Source: a virus. Taken from it: DNA of 64,000 nt. A program made the translations under genes and the position numbers. Positions 26,547 through 36,758 of this stretch are shown piece after piece (within the stretch, counting starts at the first letter, position 1; each line of letters begins with the position of its first letter). The notes under the pieces are model-generated. The model searched no databases. It was not told the DNA's origin and worked only from the letters and a program-made list of their open reading frames with translations. The stretch lies in UHGV virus genome UHGV-1374997. One strand, given 5' to 3'.

Positions 26547-27350
26547 ATGTGGGCATCTGATAATATCCGAGTAAATGTGGAAGGTTCCCCCGAAGCGGTT
26601 GCCGAGTTTTTCTTGCGTCTTGGAGGAATGAAGTCCGGATTTAATGAAGCAGTAGAATCGCCTATTTCTTCCGAGCCACATAAACACGAATCAGTGGTAG
26701 AAAAGATTGATACGAAAGATGAAAAGAACACGTCTTCCATCGAAGATAAGCCCGTTGAAAATGAAGAAGAGGCACCTGACGTAGAAAACAAGCCTACGAA
26801 TAGTGACGAAGAACGTGAGCATTTGAAGTCTATTCTTACCGAACGCGGCATCGAGTTCTCTCCTCGTGCACGTCTTGCCACATTGAAGAAGCTCGTAGAA
26901 GATTCCGATAACACTGTCGAAGAAACCACCAAAGAACCTGAACCCGAAATTATCGAAAATGACGATGTTCCTCCCGTCATGGAAGACCCTGCGGCGACTA
27001 TTTTGCAGAAGACCGGGCAGGAAGAATATAACGGCGAGAAAAGCTGTGCCCCCGAAGAAGAGGGCTATGAGGATGTTCCTTCCGCTCCGCTCAAGTTTGA
27101 GGAAGAGCCCGAAAGAAATTATACTCCCGCAGAATTTCTGGATGAGTGCAAGCGGTATTGCAGTCGGGTAATGCGGACTGGCAGAGATCTTGATACGTCC
27201 CATAGAATGCTTGCCGATATTCTTCAAAATGTGACGGGTGTAACTCGCAAAGTCATTGAAGTTGAGGAGAAATATTACAATACGATTGTGACGAAACTTC
27301 ATAATCACATAGATCTTTTGCGAGAAGACCACAATTCAACCAATGAATAA
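26547..27350 (+). CDS. acidic hypothetical protein (267 aa)
   Basis: ORF with SD AAGGAG; E/D-rich centre. Confidence 0.6.
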   Translation: MWASDNIRVNVEGSPEAVAEFFLRLGGMKSGFNEAVESPISSEPHKHESVVEKIDTKDEKNTSSIEDKPVENEEEAPDVENKPTNSDEEREHLKSILTERGIEFSPRARLATLKKLVEDSDNTVEETTKEPEPEIIENDDVPPVMEDPAATILQKTGQEEYNGEKSCAPEEEGYEDVPSAPLKFEEEPERNYTPAEFLDECKRYCSRVMRTGRDLDTSHRMLADILQNVTGVTRKVIEVEEKYYNTIVTKLHNHIDLLREDHNSTNE

Positions 27351-27370
27351 AAAAATGAAAGGTAAGTATA

Positions 27371-28633
27371 TTGGGAAAACATAGCAGGATAGGAGCTTCT
27401 TCCTCAGAAAGATGGATGGCGTGTCCCGCTTCCGTCAGGATGAGCGTTGGGCTCAAAAACGAAGGCAGCCCCGCAGCAAAAGAGGGCACGGCGGCCCATG
27501 CTCTCGCAGAGTTCTGCCTTAAAAATGAGATGTATCCCGCATGTAAGAAAGGAAAAAAGATCTACGTAAAGGGAGATTCCTTTGAGATAGAAGAAGAGAT
27601 GATAAAAAGCGTCTCTCTTTACGTAGGTCACATTCTTTACGTAGTTCATAATCAAAAATTGTGGATGGACGAGAATGGCGACCTTGTTCAAATCGACACC
27701 GAAAATGCCCATTTTGAAAAGTTTGAGAAAGGGGATAGCAAGAAGCTGTCCGTCGAGGAAAAATTCGCTCTTACTTGGATAAAGGAAGGGATGTTCGGTA
27801 CATGCGACTGTAATTACAAAGATTATAAGAATAGGAGACTATATGTATTCGACCTAAAATATGGAAAGAGCACGCCAGTAACAGCCGTTGACAATTCTCA
27901 AATGAAATACTACGCTTTGGGTATTGTAGGAGAGCCATTATCGAATGACGACTTTGATGAAGTAGTAATGGTTATTGTCCAGCCGAGAAACGATTGTTTT
28001 GGAGTAAGTTCGTATAGTCTAAAGATCGATGATCTCTATCTCTGGGCTGAAACGGAGTTACGCCCTGCGGCAGAAAAGACAGAAGATCCTGATGCCGAAT
28101 TTTCATCAGGAGATCATTGTAAATGGTGCCCGGCCTTTGGAGTTTGTCCTCAGATCGAAAAAGATCTTGGATATTTAGTAAATTATAACAATTATATAGA
28201 AGAAAAGAAAAAAAATATTGAACTTCCAGACCCAAGACACTTGACAAGTGAAGAAAAGTCTCGTATATTGCATCTATCGATTGTGTACGCACCTTGGATC
28301 GAAGCGGTGGCAAAATCAGCTTATGAAGACGCTGTCGCGGGAAGATTAGTTCCGGGGTTTAAGCTAGTTAAAAAAAGAAAATCGAGACGAGTTTGGAGGG
28401 ACAATGCGCTCACCGCCCAAGAGCTAAGTTTGAAGTATGGAGATGAAATTTTTGAGGAGAGAAAGTTAAAATCGCCTTCTAAATTAGAAGGTATTTTGAC
28501 AGGAGAGGAAATTGATCTCTACTCATTTAGACCGGAATCCGGTACGGAATTAAAACCAGAAAACGATAAACGTAAATCCGTAAATCCATTAACATCTATC
28601 GACGAATTTTATTCGCAACAAGAGGAAAACTAA
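27371..28633 (+). CDS. PD-(D/E)XK nuclease, DUF2800 / Cas4-like exonuclease with C-terminal Cys cluster
   Basis: N-terminal SSSERWMACPAS, C-terminal CKWCPAFGVCP; typical DUF2800-DUF2815-PolA synteny. Confidence 0.7.
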   Translation: MGKHSRIGASSSERWMACPASVRMSVGLKNEGSPAAKEGTAAHALAEFCLKNEMYPACKKGKKIYVKGDSFEIEEEMIKSVSLYVGHILYVVHNQKLWMDENGDLVQIDTENAHFEKFEKGDSKKLSVEEKFALTWIKEGMFGTCDCNYKDYKNRRLYVFDLKYGKSTPVTAVDNSQMKYYALGIVGEPLSNDDFDEVVMVIVQPRNDCFGVSSYSLKIDDLYLWAETELRPAAEKTEDPDAEFSSGDHCKWCPAFGVCPQIEKDLGYLVNYNNYIEEKKKNIELPDPRHLTSEEKSRILHLSIVYAPWIEAVAKSAYEDAVAGRLVPGFKLVKKRKSRRVWRDNALTAQELSLKYGDEIFEERKLKSPSKLEGILTGEEIDLYSFRPESGTELKPENDKRKSVNPLTSIDEFYSQQEEN

Positions 28634-28634
28634 A

Positions 28635-29294
28635 ATGGCAAGAGTTACTAAGCGCGTTATTTTCAAGGCTTCTATTTCTTATCCTCATCTTTCTGCGCCC
28701 GTAGTCAATCCCAATGATAAGAACAAAGACCCCCAGTATAGCATTGAAGCGCGCATTCCCAAGAGCGACGTAGACACGATTAAGAAAGTGCGCTCCGTGC
28801 TTGAGGAAGTTTATACCGAGGGTGCTGGCCCGGATAAGAAGAAGTGGAAAGTTGATTTTCGTGAGCCCGGCTTTTTTGATACGTATCTGTCGAAGCAAGG
28901 CAAGGATGGTTTCCCTCTTCGAGACGGCAAGTATAAGCCGAGCGGCGATTGCGACGATATTGTTTTCATGAGCGTCAAAAACAAGTATCCTATTGCTCTG
29001 GGCGTAAAGACTGGCCCCACGACTTATCGGAAGCTCGAATCGAAAGAAGAAATCGAAAAGGAACTTTACGCTGGTTGTATCGCCGATGTCATCATGGACG
29101 TTTACTATAATGACAGGCCCGGCACTGAACCCGGATGCTTCCTTTCCCTCAAGGGTGTCGTAAAGACTGGTGAAGGACAGCGTCTTGCCGGAAGCTCTCC
29201 CGTCGACCTTGGCGAACTCTATGGCACCGAAGAAAATAACGATGTAACCTACGGTGGCTCGGAAGATTCTTCCTCCGATGATTTGCCGTTCTAA
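28635..29294 (+). CDS. DUF2815 phage ssDNA-binding protein
   Basis: Position between DUF2800 and PolA; acidic C-terminal tail DDLPF. Confidence 0.65.
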   Translation: MARVTKRVIFKASISYPHLSAPVVNPNDKNKDPQYSIEARIPKSDVDTIKKVRSVLEEVYTEGAGPDKKKWKVDFREPGFFDTYLSKQGKDGFPLRDGKYKPSGDCDDIVFMSVKNKYPIALGVKTGPTTYRKLESKEEIEKELYAGCIADVIMDVYYNDRPGTEPGCFLSLKGVVKTGEGQRLAGSSPVDLGELYGTEENNDVTYGGSEDSSSDDLPF

Positions 29295-29316
29295 TAAAAA
29301 ATAAGGAAATAAAATA

Positions 29317-29619
29317 ATGTCAGAGAATGAAAAGACCAACAATGTTTGCCGCCGCGACTTGACGAATGCCGTCATGCGTATTACCGGATTCCGCCGTGCT
29401 GATATCGAAAAGGTTATCAATGCGTATACCGAGGTGATTTATGCCAATCTTAAAGCAGGGCGTAGCGTGAAGCTGCATCGGCTTTGTACTTTCAAGGTCG
29501 TAGACTTGGCCCCTCGTGAGTTCCGTTCGAACCTTACCGGAGAAATTGTTCGTAAGCCCGCACGAAAACGTGTTCGTGTGAAGCTTTCCTCCCGACTCCA
29601 GATTAATGAGAAGAACTAA
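29317..29619 (+). CDS. HU/IHF-family DNA-binding protein
   Basis: REFRSNLTGEIVRKPARKRV arm motif. Confidence 0.8.
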   Translation: MSENEKTNNVCRRDLTNAVMRITGFRRADIEKVINAYTEVIYANLKAGRSVKLHRLCTFKVVDLAPREFRSNLTGEIVRKPARKRVRVKLSSRLQINEKN

Positions 29620-29633
29620 AACCCTATAACAAA

Positions 29634-29673
29634 AGTCCCCGCATCCGAGCTAAAAAAGCAAAGAGCGGGGACT
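29634..29673 (+). terminator. hairpin AGTCCCCGC..GCGGGGACT
   Basis: 9-bp inverted repeat after the HU gene. Confidence 0.45.
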
Positions 29674-29697
29674 CTACGTTTATATTGAGAGACCGTC

Positions 29698-29886
29698 ATG
29701 ACCATATCAAACTGTTTGTACTGTGGAGGTAGAGGAAAACTTCTGATTCGGTCGTCATTAAAGAAATACAGGAAAATAGATCTGTATCAGGTTAAATGTA
29801 ATAAGTGCCATGCTAGAGGCCCTATTTCCGATAGTGAAATCAATGCGATACGTCATTGGAACGGAAAAGGGTATCCTTCCTCCTAA
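29698..29886 (+). CDS. Lar-family restriction-alleviation-like zinc-ribbon protein (62 aa)
   Basis: CLYCGG...CNKCHARGP...EINAIRHWNGKG matches Lar-family layout. Confidence 0.6.
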   Translation: MTISNCLYCGGRGKLLIRSSLKKYRKIDLYQVKCNKCHARGPISDSEINAIRHWNGKGYPSS

Positions 29887-29951
29887 AAAGTTCTTGACAT
29901 GGAAAGCATAATTTAATAGGTTGTAAAAAAACATCAACAAGGAGAGAAAAT

Positions 29952-31001
29952 ATGTCTATTCTCAAGTCCAAAGTTTCCGTTATCCGTTTTATCACCGAAG
30001 TTGAAGATAATCTTGAAACTATCATCAATGGGCTTAACGCCGCACGTTTTCAGGAGAAGTGGGAAGCCGGGATGGATTCCATGCAAGGCTTCTGTCCTCT
30101 TAACGACCGTTGGGGCTGCTCTGATTTCCACGAAGGCAACATCAAGGCGAATGGGTTTATTGCATTCTTTTTCCGTACTGACACTAAGCGGGTAGATCCC
30201 AATCTTCTCAAGCGTGAAATTTCTGACCGGATTGAGCGTTTCTCTGAAACTCATGGAAAGAAGCCCAACCGTGAAGAACGTAAGGACATTCAGGTCACTG
30301 TGAAGAACAAATTGCTCAATGAAGAAAAAGCCAAGCCTTCTTTCTATCCGGTCATGTTTAATCCCGAGACGGGGGAAGGGTATCTTTTCGCTACTTCCAA
30401 TAGTGTCTTTGAGAAGTTCCGGGCATCGTTCAAGTTGGTTGCCGGGATTCCGAATGTCAAGAATCTCGAAGAAATCGTGGAATCCAGAAACCTTGATTTT
30501 ATGGTCTATAGCCAGACGTTCCTGACGTGGTTCTGGTGGCGCATGGAGAATGATCCCACCAAACCTGTCACTACCGAGAATACTTCCTACGAATGCTCCA
30601 TGAGCGGCATTGTAACGGTAAGTTCGGCGGAAACCGGGGAAAAGGTCACGGAGAAGTCGGATCAGCTTCATGAGGCTCGTATGGCCCTTCTGCGGGGTCT
30701 TCGTGCGGAAAAGGCGGCGGTTACTTGCTGCGCTGGTTCTGGTGTCAATATTGAGTTTACTTTGGATAATGAAAGCCTCAATATTTCCGGGCTCCCTATT
30801 CCTAAGATGGAAGAAAAGCCGAGCGACGTGTTTGAAGAATTTGAACATGCGAAGATTCATATTGATGAAGCTTTTGCTCTTATTGATTCTTTGATGGAGG
30901 AATATATTGAGCTTAATGCAGTAGGCGACCCGCTGCCTCCTACGCCGCTTATTCATTGGGGCCGTGGAGATTTTTGTTCCGGAAGCATTGAAATTCTGTA
31001 A
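29952..31001 (+). CDS. RdgC-like recombination-associated protein
   Basis: Recalled similarity to RdgC; 349 aa. Confidence 0.55.
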   Translation: MSILKSKVSVIRFITEVEDNLETIINGLNAARFQEKWEAGMDSMQGFCPLNDRWGCSDFHEGNIKANGFIAFFFRTDTKRVDPNLLKREISDRIERFSETHGKKPNREERKDIQVTVKNKLLNEEKAKPSFYPVMFNPETGEGYLFATSNSVFEKFRASFKLVAGIPNVKNLEEIVESRNLDFMVYSQTFLTWFWWRMENDPTKPVTTENTSYECSMSGIVTVSSAETGEKVTEKSDQLHEARMALLRGLRAEKAAVTCCAGSGVNIEFTLDNESLNISGLPIPKMEEKPSDVFEEFEHAKIHIDEAFALIDSLMEEYIELNAVGDPLPPTPLIHWGRGDFCSGSIEIL

Positions 31002-31015
31002 GCACGGAGGATATA

Positions 31016-31207
31016 ATGGCAAAAGGAACTTTCAGGGTAGTAGAAAAAATTTGTCCTTTCTTGAATGCGCCGTGTAAGGAAAAGAGGTGTATGATGTGGG
31101 ATGAAAAATATCTAGTCTGCCAATTGGCATATCCAGCGAAACGTAGGGTGAAAGGCGAAAGTATACAGCCGCTTTATCTAAATCACATAAACATGGAAAC
31201 GAAATAA
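31016..31207 (+). CDS. small Cys-containing protein (63 aa)
   Basis: SD GGAGG + ATG. Confidence 0.5.
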   Translation: MAKGTFRVVEKICPFLNAPCKEKRCMMWDEKYLVCQLAYPAKRRVKGESIQPLYLNHINMETK

Positions 31208-31216
31208 ATAAAAAAA

Positions 31217-31255
31217 AGATACCAGCGTTTGTTAAAAATTCTGGTATCTTTTTTA
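31217..31255 (+). terminator. rho-independent terminator AGATACCAG-N15-CTGGTATCT + TTTTTT
   Basis: Read directly. Confidence 0.7.
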
Positions 31256-31266
31256 ATAAAGGAGGC

Positions 31267-33393
31267 ATGATGAAATCCGTAATTGACTTTGAAACAAGAT
31301 CCCCTGTAGATATTAAAACTTGCGGAGCTTACGCATATGCTGCGCACCCTGATACTGAGGTGATGATGCTTGCCGTCCGTATATGTGGACAGGAGGCTCG
31401 TGTATGGGTAGCTCCGGCATATAGGCATTTTCTTGATACTGAATTGAGCGACGATGAATTGCAGGATATTATTAATAATTGTGAAGAGATTGCAGCACAT
31501 AACGCCCCTTTCGAAAGAGCCATTTGGAAGTTCAAGATGGAGCCTCTCTGGTTTAAGCCATTGCCATTAGAGAAAATTCGATGCACGATGTCTCAGGCCC
31601 TTATGTGCAACCTTCCCCGTAAACTGGAACAAGCGGTAAAGGTTTGGCGAAAAGACGCCCCTCAGAAGGATAATGAAGGGCATAAGCTGATGATGAAAAT
31701 GTCAAAGCCTAGGAAGTTCCGTAAAGCCGAACTTTCCGCATTCCCAGACCCCGAAAAGGCTAAGGCTACTCAAGAGTACGTCTATGCCGTGCTTTCAAAA
31801 GGTGGCATTCCTACCATTAAAAACTACCATCAATATATTGTCTATCCTTGTGACGAGCCAATGTTTAAACGATATGTTGAATATTGTCGACAGGACGTGG
31901 TTGCGGAAGAAGTTCTTTTTACGGAGCTTCCTCCTATCCCTGAGCGGGAGCTTAAAGTGTGGCGTCTCGACCAGACGATCAATGACCGTGGAGTAGGAAT
32001 TGACAGGTTTCACGCGGTCAAAATTATGGATATGGTTAATAAAGTAGAAGATATTTTGACGGAGGAAGCTTCCGAGATTACGTATGGTGCTGTATCTACC
32101 ATGAAGTCTTCCAAGTCTATTATTGAATGGCTTCAATCTCGTGGGGTTGATACTGATTCGGCAAGCAAGCAAGCTATCTCCGACCTTCTTGAACGGACTG
32201 ATCTCCCCTCCGATGTTCGTAGATTCCTTGAGATTCGTCAGACTATTGCCATGTCTTCTACGGCAAAATATCAGACTATGCTCTGTACTTCGTGCTATGA
32301 TGGCAGGGCGCATGGAACGATGATATATCATGGAGCCTCTACGGGAAGATTTGCTGGTGCTCTTATTCAACCGCAAAATTTGACTAGACCTTCAACAAAT
32401 AATATGAATATACCCGAAGGTTCCAAGCCTTTGGATAATTATGATATCAGTGAAATGGATATCGAACTTGCAGCTAGCGGGGATTTAGATCTTATCCAGC
32501 AGTATTGGAAAGACCCTAAAGTCCTTGCCTCCGATTGCCTTCGCGCAATGATTCACGCTAGAAAAGGATACGATTTTATCTGTGCCGACTATAGTGGGAT
32601 TGAAGCCCGAGCATTGGCATATCTCGCTGGCGAAGAGTATGTTCTTCAAGGTTTTAGGGATGGCCTCGACCCGTATAAAGTTGCAGCTACGACTATCTAT
32701 GGAGTGAAATATGAAGATGTGGATAAGAAGCAGCGTCAAGTAGGTAAGACGGCTACGTTGGCTTGCGGATACGGAGGTGGTTATGGCGCGTTCCTTCGCT
32801 TTGGAGCCGATAGAATGGGCATTGATGAAGAGGAGGGAAAGAAGATTATTGCTGCATGGAGAGATGGCCACCCAATGACGGTTAAGCTTTGGCACAAACT
32901 CGTTGAAGCTGCTGTCATGGCTATGACGAATAAGGGCGGAATTTATTCTTATCGTGGAGTATCATTCCAATACTATAAGAGATTCCTCCTTATGAAGCTC
33001 CCTAGTGGCAGGTTCCTCTTCTACTTCGAGCCTAAACTTGAAGATGTGGAGATGGCATGGTCTACGCCAGAAAAGCCAGCGTTCAAGAAGCTTGTTACGG
33101 CGATGACCTTGACGCCAGAAAAACAATTTGTGAGAAGGCCGCTTAACCATCTCATACTTTCAGAAAATGTTACACAAGCTTTCTGTAGAGATCTGATGGT
33201 GAATGCGATGTTCAATCTCGAAGAAGCTAATTATCCGGTAGTGTTTCATGTTCATGATGAGATCATTGCGGAAGTTCTTAAAGGGTTTGGGTCTGTCGAG
33301 GAATTTGAAAGTATCATGTGCAAACTTCCTCAATGGGCGGAAGGTCTGCCAGTAAAGGCCGAAGGATGGAGGGGAGAATTTTATAGGAAATAA
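31267..33393 (+). CDS. family-A DNA polymerase
   Basis: Motif B VGKTATLACGYGGGYGAF, motif C VFHVHDEII. Confidence 0.9.
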   Translation: MMKSVIDFETRSPVDIKTCGAYAYAAHPDTEVMMLAVRICGQEARVWVAPAYRHFLDTELSDDELQDIINNCEEIAAHNAPFERAIWKFKMEPLWFKPLPLEKIRCTMSQALMCNLPRKLEQAVKVWRKDAPQKDNEGHKLMMKMSKPRKFRKAELSAFPDPEKAKATQEYVYAVLSKGGIPTIKNYHQYIVYPCDEPMFKRYVEYCRQDVVAEEVLFTELPPIPERELKVWRLDQTINDRGVGIDRFHAVKIMDMVNKVEDILTEEASEITYGAVSTMKSSKSIIEWLQSRGVDTDSASKQAISDLLERTDLPSDVRRFLEIRQTIAMSSTAKYQTMLCTSCYDGRAHGTMIYHGASTGRFAGALIQPQNLTRPSTNNMNIPEGSKPLDNYDISEMDIELAASGDLDLIQQYWKDPKVLASDCLRAMIHARKGYDFICADYSGIEARALAYLAGEEYVLQGFRDGLDPYKVAATTIYGVKYEDVDKKQRQVGKTATLACGYGGGYGAFLRFGADRMGIDEEEGKKIIAAWRDGHPMTVKLWHKLVEAAVMAMTNKGGIYSYRGVSFQYYKRFLLMKLPSGRFLFYFEPKLEDVEMAWSTPEKPAFKKLVTAMTLTPEKQFVRRPLNHLILSENVTQAFCRDLMVNAMFNLEEANYPVVFHVHDEIIAEVLKGFGSVEEFESIMCKLPQWAEGLPVKAEGWRGEFYRK

Positions 33394-33480
33394 TCTAAAA
33401 AATCTATTGACATTTGCTTCCGGTTAAAGAATACTCCATTCATCGGAAGCAAACATTTTAGAAAGAAGGAGTGTAAGAGA

Positions 33481-34662
33481 ATGTTTGAGGTAAAAGGATC
33501 AGTAAGTACAGCTAAGGTTTTCACAGATTATGTGGAGCCGACCGCGTTATCTCAGATTATTGAATTATGTAATCAGGAGTTCACCGAAGGAAGTAAAATC
33601 CGTATCATGCCTGATGTACATGCTGGCGCTGGATGTGTTATCGGAACGACGATGACCATTGAAAACAAGAAAATCGTTCCTAATCTTGTCGGAGTTGATA
33701 TCGGATGCGGGTTGACATCAGCGCGATATGGTGGTTATGAATTGGGTTTCCTGCAAGAATATGAAAAAGAAGAAGGCGTATGGGTAAATGATTTTTTAAA
33801 AGAATTTGATAGGTTGATTCGGGCAAATATTCCTATGGGCACGAATGTTTGCGAAAAGTTAATGTACCATCCATTTAGGACACGAATAAAAGAATTGATT
33901 TGCGCTAAAAATGTAAATATTGAAAGGGGATATCATAGTATTGGGACTCTTGGTGGTGGAAATCATTTTATTGAAGTTGGATGCGATATCTTCTCTGAAA
34001 ATAAAGGGCCTATAGGAGAATTGCGTAGAGATTTTTATATCACGGTTCATTCCGGATCTCGTGGTATCGGAAAAGAAGTAGCTACTTATTATCAAAAAAT
34101 TGCGGAAGAACAATGTAAGGGTGTACCCAAGCATTTAGCGTATTTATCCGGGCAAGCATTTGAAGACTATATTCACGATATGCAGATTATGCAGGAATAC
34201 GCTTCTATCAACCGTGATTGTATAATCGAAAAAGTAACTATGGATTGCGCTTTAATCGCTCCCTTTCCGGATAGTTACGAAGAAACAATTCATAATTATG
34301 TAGAGATTGGAGAAAAGATTATTCTTCGCAAAGGTGCAATTTCCGCGAAAAAAGATGAAAAAGTTATGATCCCATTAAACATGCGGGATGGTATCATAAT
34401 CGGAAAAGGTAAGGGCCTTGAGGATTGGAATGAATCCGCGCCTCATGGTGCCGGGCGCGTACTTAGTCGAGGACAAGCTAAACGGCAATTGTCTGTAGAT
34501 ATTTTCAAGGATCAAATGGAAGGAATCTATTCAACCTGCATAAACGACTCGACGTTGGATGAAAGCCCTTCCGCATATAAGAGTTCCGATGAGATTTGTA
34601 ATCATCTCGATTCCGTAGAAATTGTCGGAAGGACTAAACCTATCTATAACATTAAAGCATAA
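33481..34662 (+). CDS. rtcB: RtcB-family RNA 3'-phosphate/5'-OH ligase
   Basis: MPDVHAGAGCVIGTT, VDIGCGL, GGGNHFIEVG, PHGAGRVLSRGQA. Confidence 0.8.
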   Translation: MFEVKGSVSTAKVFTDYVEPTALSQIIELCNQEFTEGSKIRIMPDVHAGAGCVIGTTMTIENKKIVPNLVGVDIGCGLTSARYGGYELGFLQEYEKEEGVWVNDFLKEFDRLIRANIPMGTNVCEKLMYHPFRTRIKELICAKNVNIERGYHSIGTLGGGNHFIEVGCDIFSENKGPIGELRRDFYITVHSGSRGIGKEVATYYQKIAEEQCKGVPKHLAYLSGQAFEDYIHDMQIMQEYASINRDCIIEKVTMDCALIAPFPDSYEETIHNYVEIGEKIILRKGAISAKKDEKVMIPLNMRDGIIIGKGKGLEDWNESAPHGAGRVLSRGQAKRQLSVDIFKDQMEGIYSTCINDSTLDESPSAYKSSDEICNHLDSVEIVGRTKPIYNIKA

Positions 34663-34675
34663 GAAGGAAAAACAA

Positions 34676-35308
34676 ATGACTAATTTTCGTTTTACAGTTT
34701 TGGAAGAATCCGGTTTAGCTAGTGCTATTCTTGGGACAGGGCTTTCTTTTGGCGTTACGTCTGATTACGAGTTAACTGAAAGTGGAAGTTTAGCTTTAAT
34801 TTACGGCAAAGACCAATCTAAGAAAACTCCAGATGAAATCGCGAATAGAATGAAAATCGTTATGGAAAAATTGGCTCCTCTTGAAAAAGGAAATAATAAA
34901 TTTTTAGAATTTTTAATCGTGCATATGGATATTAACGCCCCCCGTTATTGGTGGAGTCAATTTGACACATACAGAATTGGGGTGACGAGATTGTCCGAAT
35001 CTACTATGCACACTCTCATGAAAGGTGGCCTGACTAGAGCTAATTTTTCTGAGGACACGCCCCAAAGAGCCATTGATACCGTAAATTCCTGTATTCAAGA
35101 AGGAGCTTTTGAAGCTGCTAAAGCATCTTTGCCAGAAGGTTTCATGCAAAGAAGAATAGTGTGCACGAATGCAAAAGCTATCAGGAATATGTATATTCAA
35201 AGAAGAAATCATCGTTTGAAAGAGTGGAAGATTTTTTGGGAGAATGTGGAATGTGACGTGGAAAAATATTATACATTCTCCTATGCGCTTAAAGGGTTAT
35301 TTTATTAG
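34676..35308 (+). CDS. ThyX-family (flavin-dependent thymidylate synthase-like) protein with RHR motif replaced by TYR
   Basis: NAPRYWWSQFDTYRIGVTRLSES and NAKAIRNMYIQRRNHRLKEW parallel ThyX conserved blocks (recalled alignment). Confidence 0.5.
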   Translation: MTNFRFTVLEESGLASAILGTGLSFGVTSDYELTESGSLALIYGKDQSKKTPDEIANRMKIVMEKLAPLEKGNNKFLEFLIVHMDINAPRYWWSQFDTYRIGVTRLSESTMHTLMKGGLTRANFSEDTPQRAIDTVNSCIQEGAFEAAKASLPEGFMQRRIVCTNAKAIRNMYIQRRNHRLKEWKIFWENVECDVEKYYTFSYALKGLFY

Positions 35309-35327
35309 AAAATTTTAGGTAAAATAT

Positions 35328-36083
35328 ATGTATGGATATGTTTATTGTACAACAAATTTAATAACAGGTTGTATGTATATAGGTAGACACGCATCTAGCG
35401 TATTCGATGAAAAGTATTTTGGTTCGGGAAAGATACTAAAACGAGCTATAAAAAAATATGGAGAGAATAATTTTTCTATAGAGATACTTTGCGAAGCGGA
35501 GTCTTACGAAGATTTAGCTGAGAAAGAACGATATTATATAGCGCTATCAGATGCAGTAAACCGTAAAGATTTTTATAATATAGGCAGGGGAGGAGAAGGG
35601 TTTCCGTCCGGAGAAAATCACCCAAACTATGGTAAAAAAGGTAAGGACGCTTTTAGGTGGGGAAAAGTTCATACTGATAAATTTAAAGAATATATGTCGA
35701 GAATACGAAAAGGTATGAAATTTTCTTTTGACCATAAGCAAAAATTATCTCAAAAGAAATTAGGGGATGCTACATTAAATAAAGGAAGGCGTGTATCAGA
35801 AGATACAAAGGCCAAATTATCTCAAATAAATAAAGATGCTCAATTAAATAGGAAAATGGGTATTAAGCAAAATGGTAGAATAAGGACTTTTCATGAATTT
35901 TTACATGGCTTTAAAGTTGCTATTTACTTTACCGATGGGTCGATTAAGACTTTTGATAGCATGAAAGCGTGCGCGAGGTATACTTCATTGAAACATAGGG
36001 TGCGCCACATAAATACTATAAAAAGGATTATTAATGGAGAGACATTACCTCCAGAAGGAATAATAAAAATATGCTATATTTAA
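35328..36083 (+). CDS. GIY-YIG homing endonuclease (free-standing, I-TevI/Seg-like)
   Basis: YGYVYCTTNLITGCMYIGR GIY-YIG motif plus repeated NUMOD3-like GxxHPNYGKKG motifs. Confidence 0.85.
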   Translation: MYGYVYCTTNLITGCMYIGRHASSVFDEKYFGSGKILKRAIKKYGENNFSIEILCEAESYEDLAEKERYYIALSDAVNRKDFYNIGRGGEGFPSGENHPNYGKKGKDAFRWGKVHTDKFKEYMSRIRKGMKFSFDHKQKLSQKKLGDATLNKGRRVSEDTKAKLSQINKDAQLNRKMGIKQNGRIRTFHEFLHGFKVAIYFTDGSIKTFDSMKACARYTSLKHRVRHINTIKRIINGETLPPEGIIKICYI

Positions 36084-36104
36084 AAAATATTAAGGAAGGG
36101 GTGG

Positions 36105-36758
36105 ATGTTTAAATTCAATTATTTGGATAGGATTCTTATAGCTCTTTTAATTAGCGTATTTATTGCTAATTCAGTACATAATTATGTAACACTTACAAAT
36201 TTTAGAAAAAGTAAGAATGTTCAGATAGAGGAACTTCATCATAAGATAGAATTTTTAAGTACAGCGTTAGGAAGTATGGCCTCTGAAAATGCTATTATGA
36301 AGCAGAAGTTGGAAGCCCCTTATCAAAAAAAGGAAAATACGTCTCAAGATAAAAAAGAGACATACGGAGATACTAGAGGATTGCGGAATAACAATCCTTG
36401 TAATCTCAAAAGCTCGAAGAATACGAAATGGGACGGTCAAGTCGGAAGTGATGGCAAGTTCATTATTTTTGAGTCCCCTGAATATGGTATCCGTGCTTGT
36501 GCAAAAAATCTAAAGAATTATCAGCAGAAAAATGGCCTTGACACATTGCGGAGCATGGTGTATAGAATGGGACCTCCTCACGAAAACGATACAAAAAAAT
36601 ATGTTCGTAATTTATCTAATATCGTAGGAGTATCCCCGGATGAAAAAATTAATGTTCTTAAACATCTCCCCGAGATTATAAAGGGAATCATTTTTCTTGA
36701 AAATGGGAAAATGCCCTATCCTGAGAAGATGTTTATCGGATATACAATCTTTAACTAA
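36105..36758 (+). CDS. membrane-anchored protein with conserved RGLRNNNPCNL motif
   Basis: N-terminal TM, coiled coil; family not recognised. Confidence 0.6.
   Translation: MFKFNYLDRILIALLISVFIANSVHNYVTLTNFRKSKNVQIEELHHKIEFLSTALGSMASENAIMKQKLEAPYQKKENTSQDKKETYGDTRGLRNNNPCNLKSSKNTKWDGQVGSDGKFIIFESPEYGIRACAKNLKNYQQKNGLDTLRSMVYRMGPPHENDTKKYVRNLSNIVGVSPDEKINVLKHLPEIIKGIIFLENGKMPYPEKMFIGYTIFN

Noticed and set aside
26528-27332. Minus-strand ORFs 26528..26980 and 26691..27332
   Set aside because: Antisense to the acidic protein gene 26547-27350; low-complexity products, no RBS
29934-31022. 362-aa minus-strand ORF
   Set aside because: Entirely antisense to the well-supported RdgC-like gene (29952-31001) with no SD; arginine/leucine-rich shadow-ORF composition
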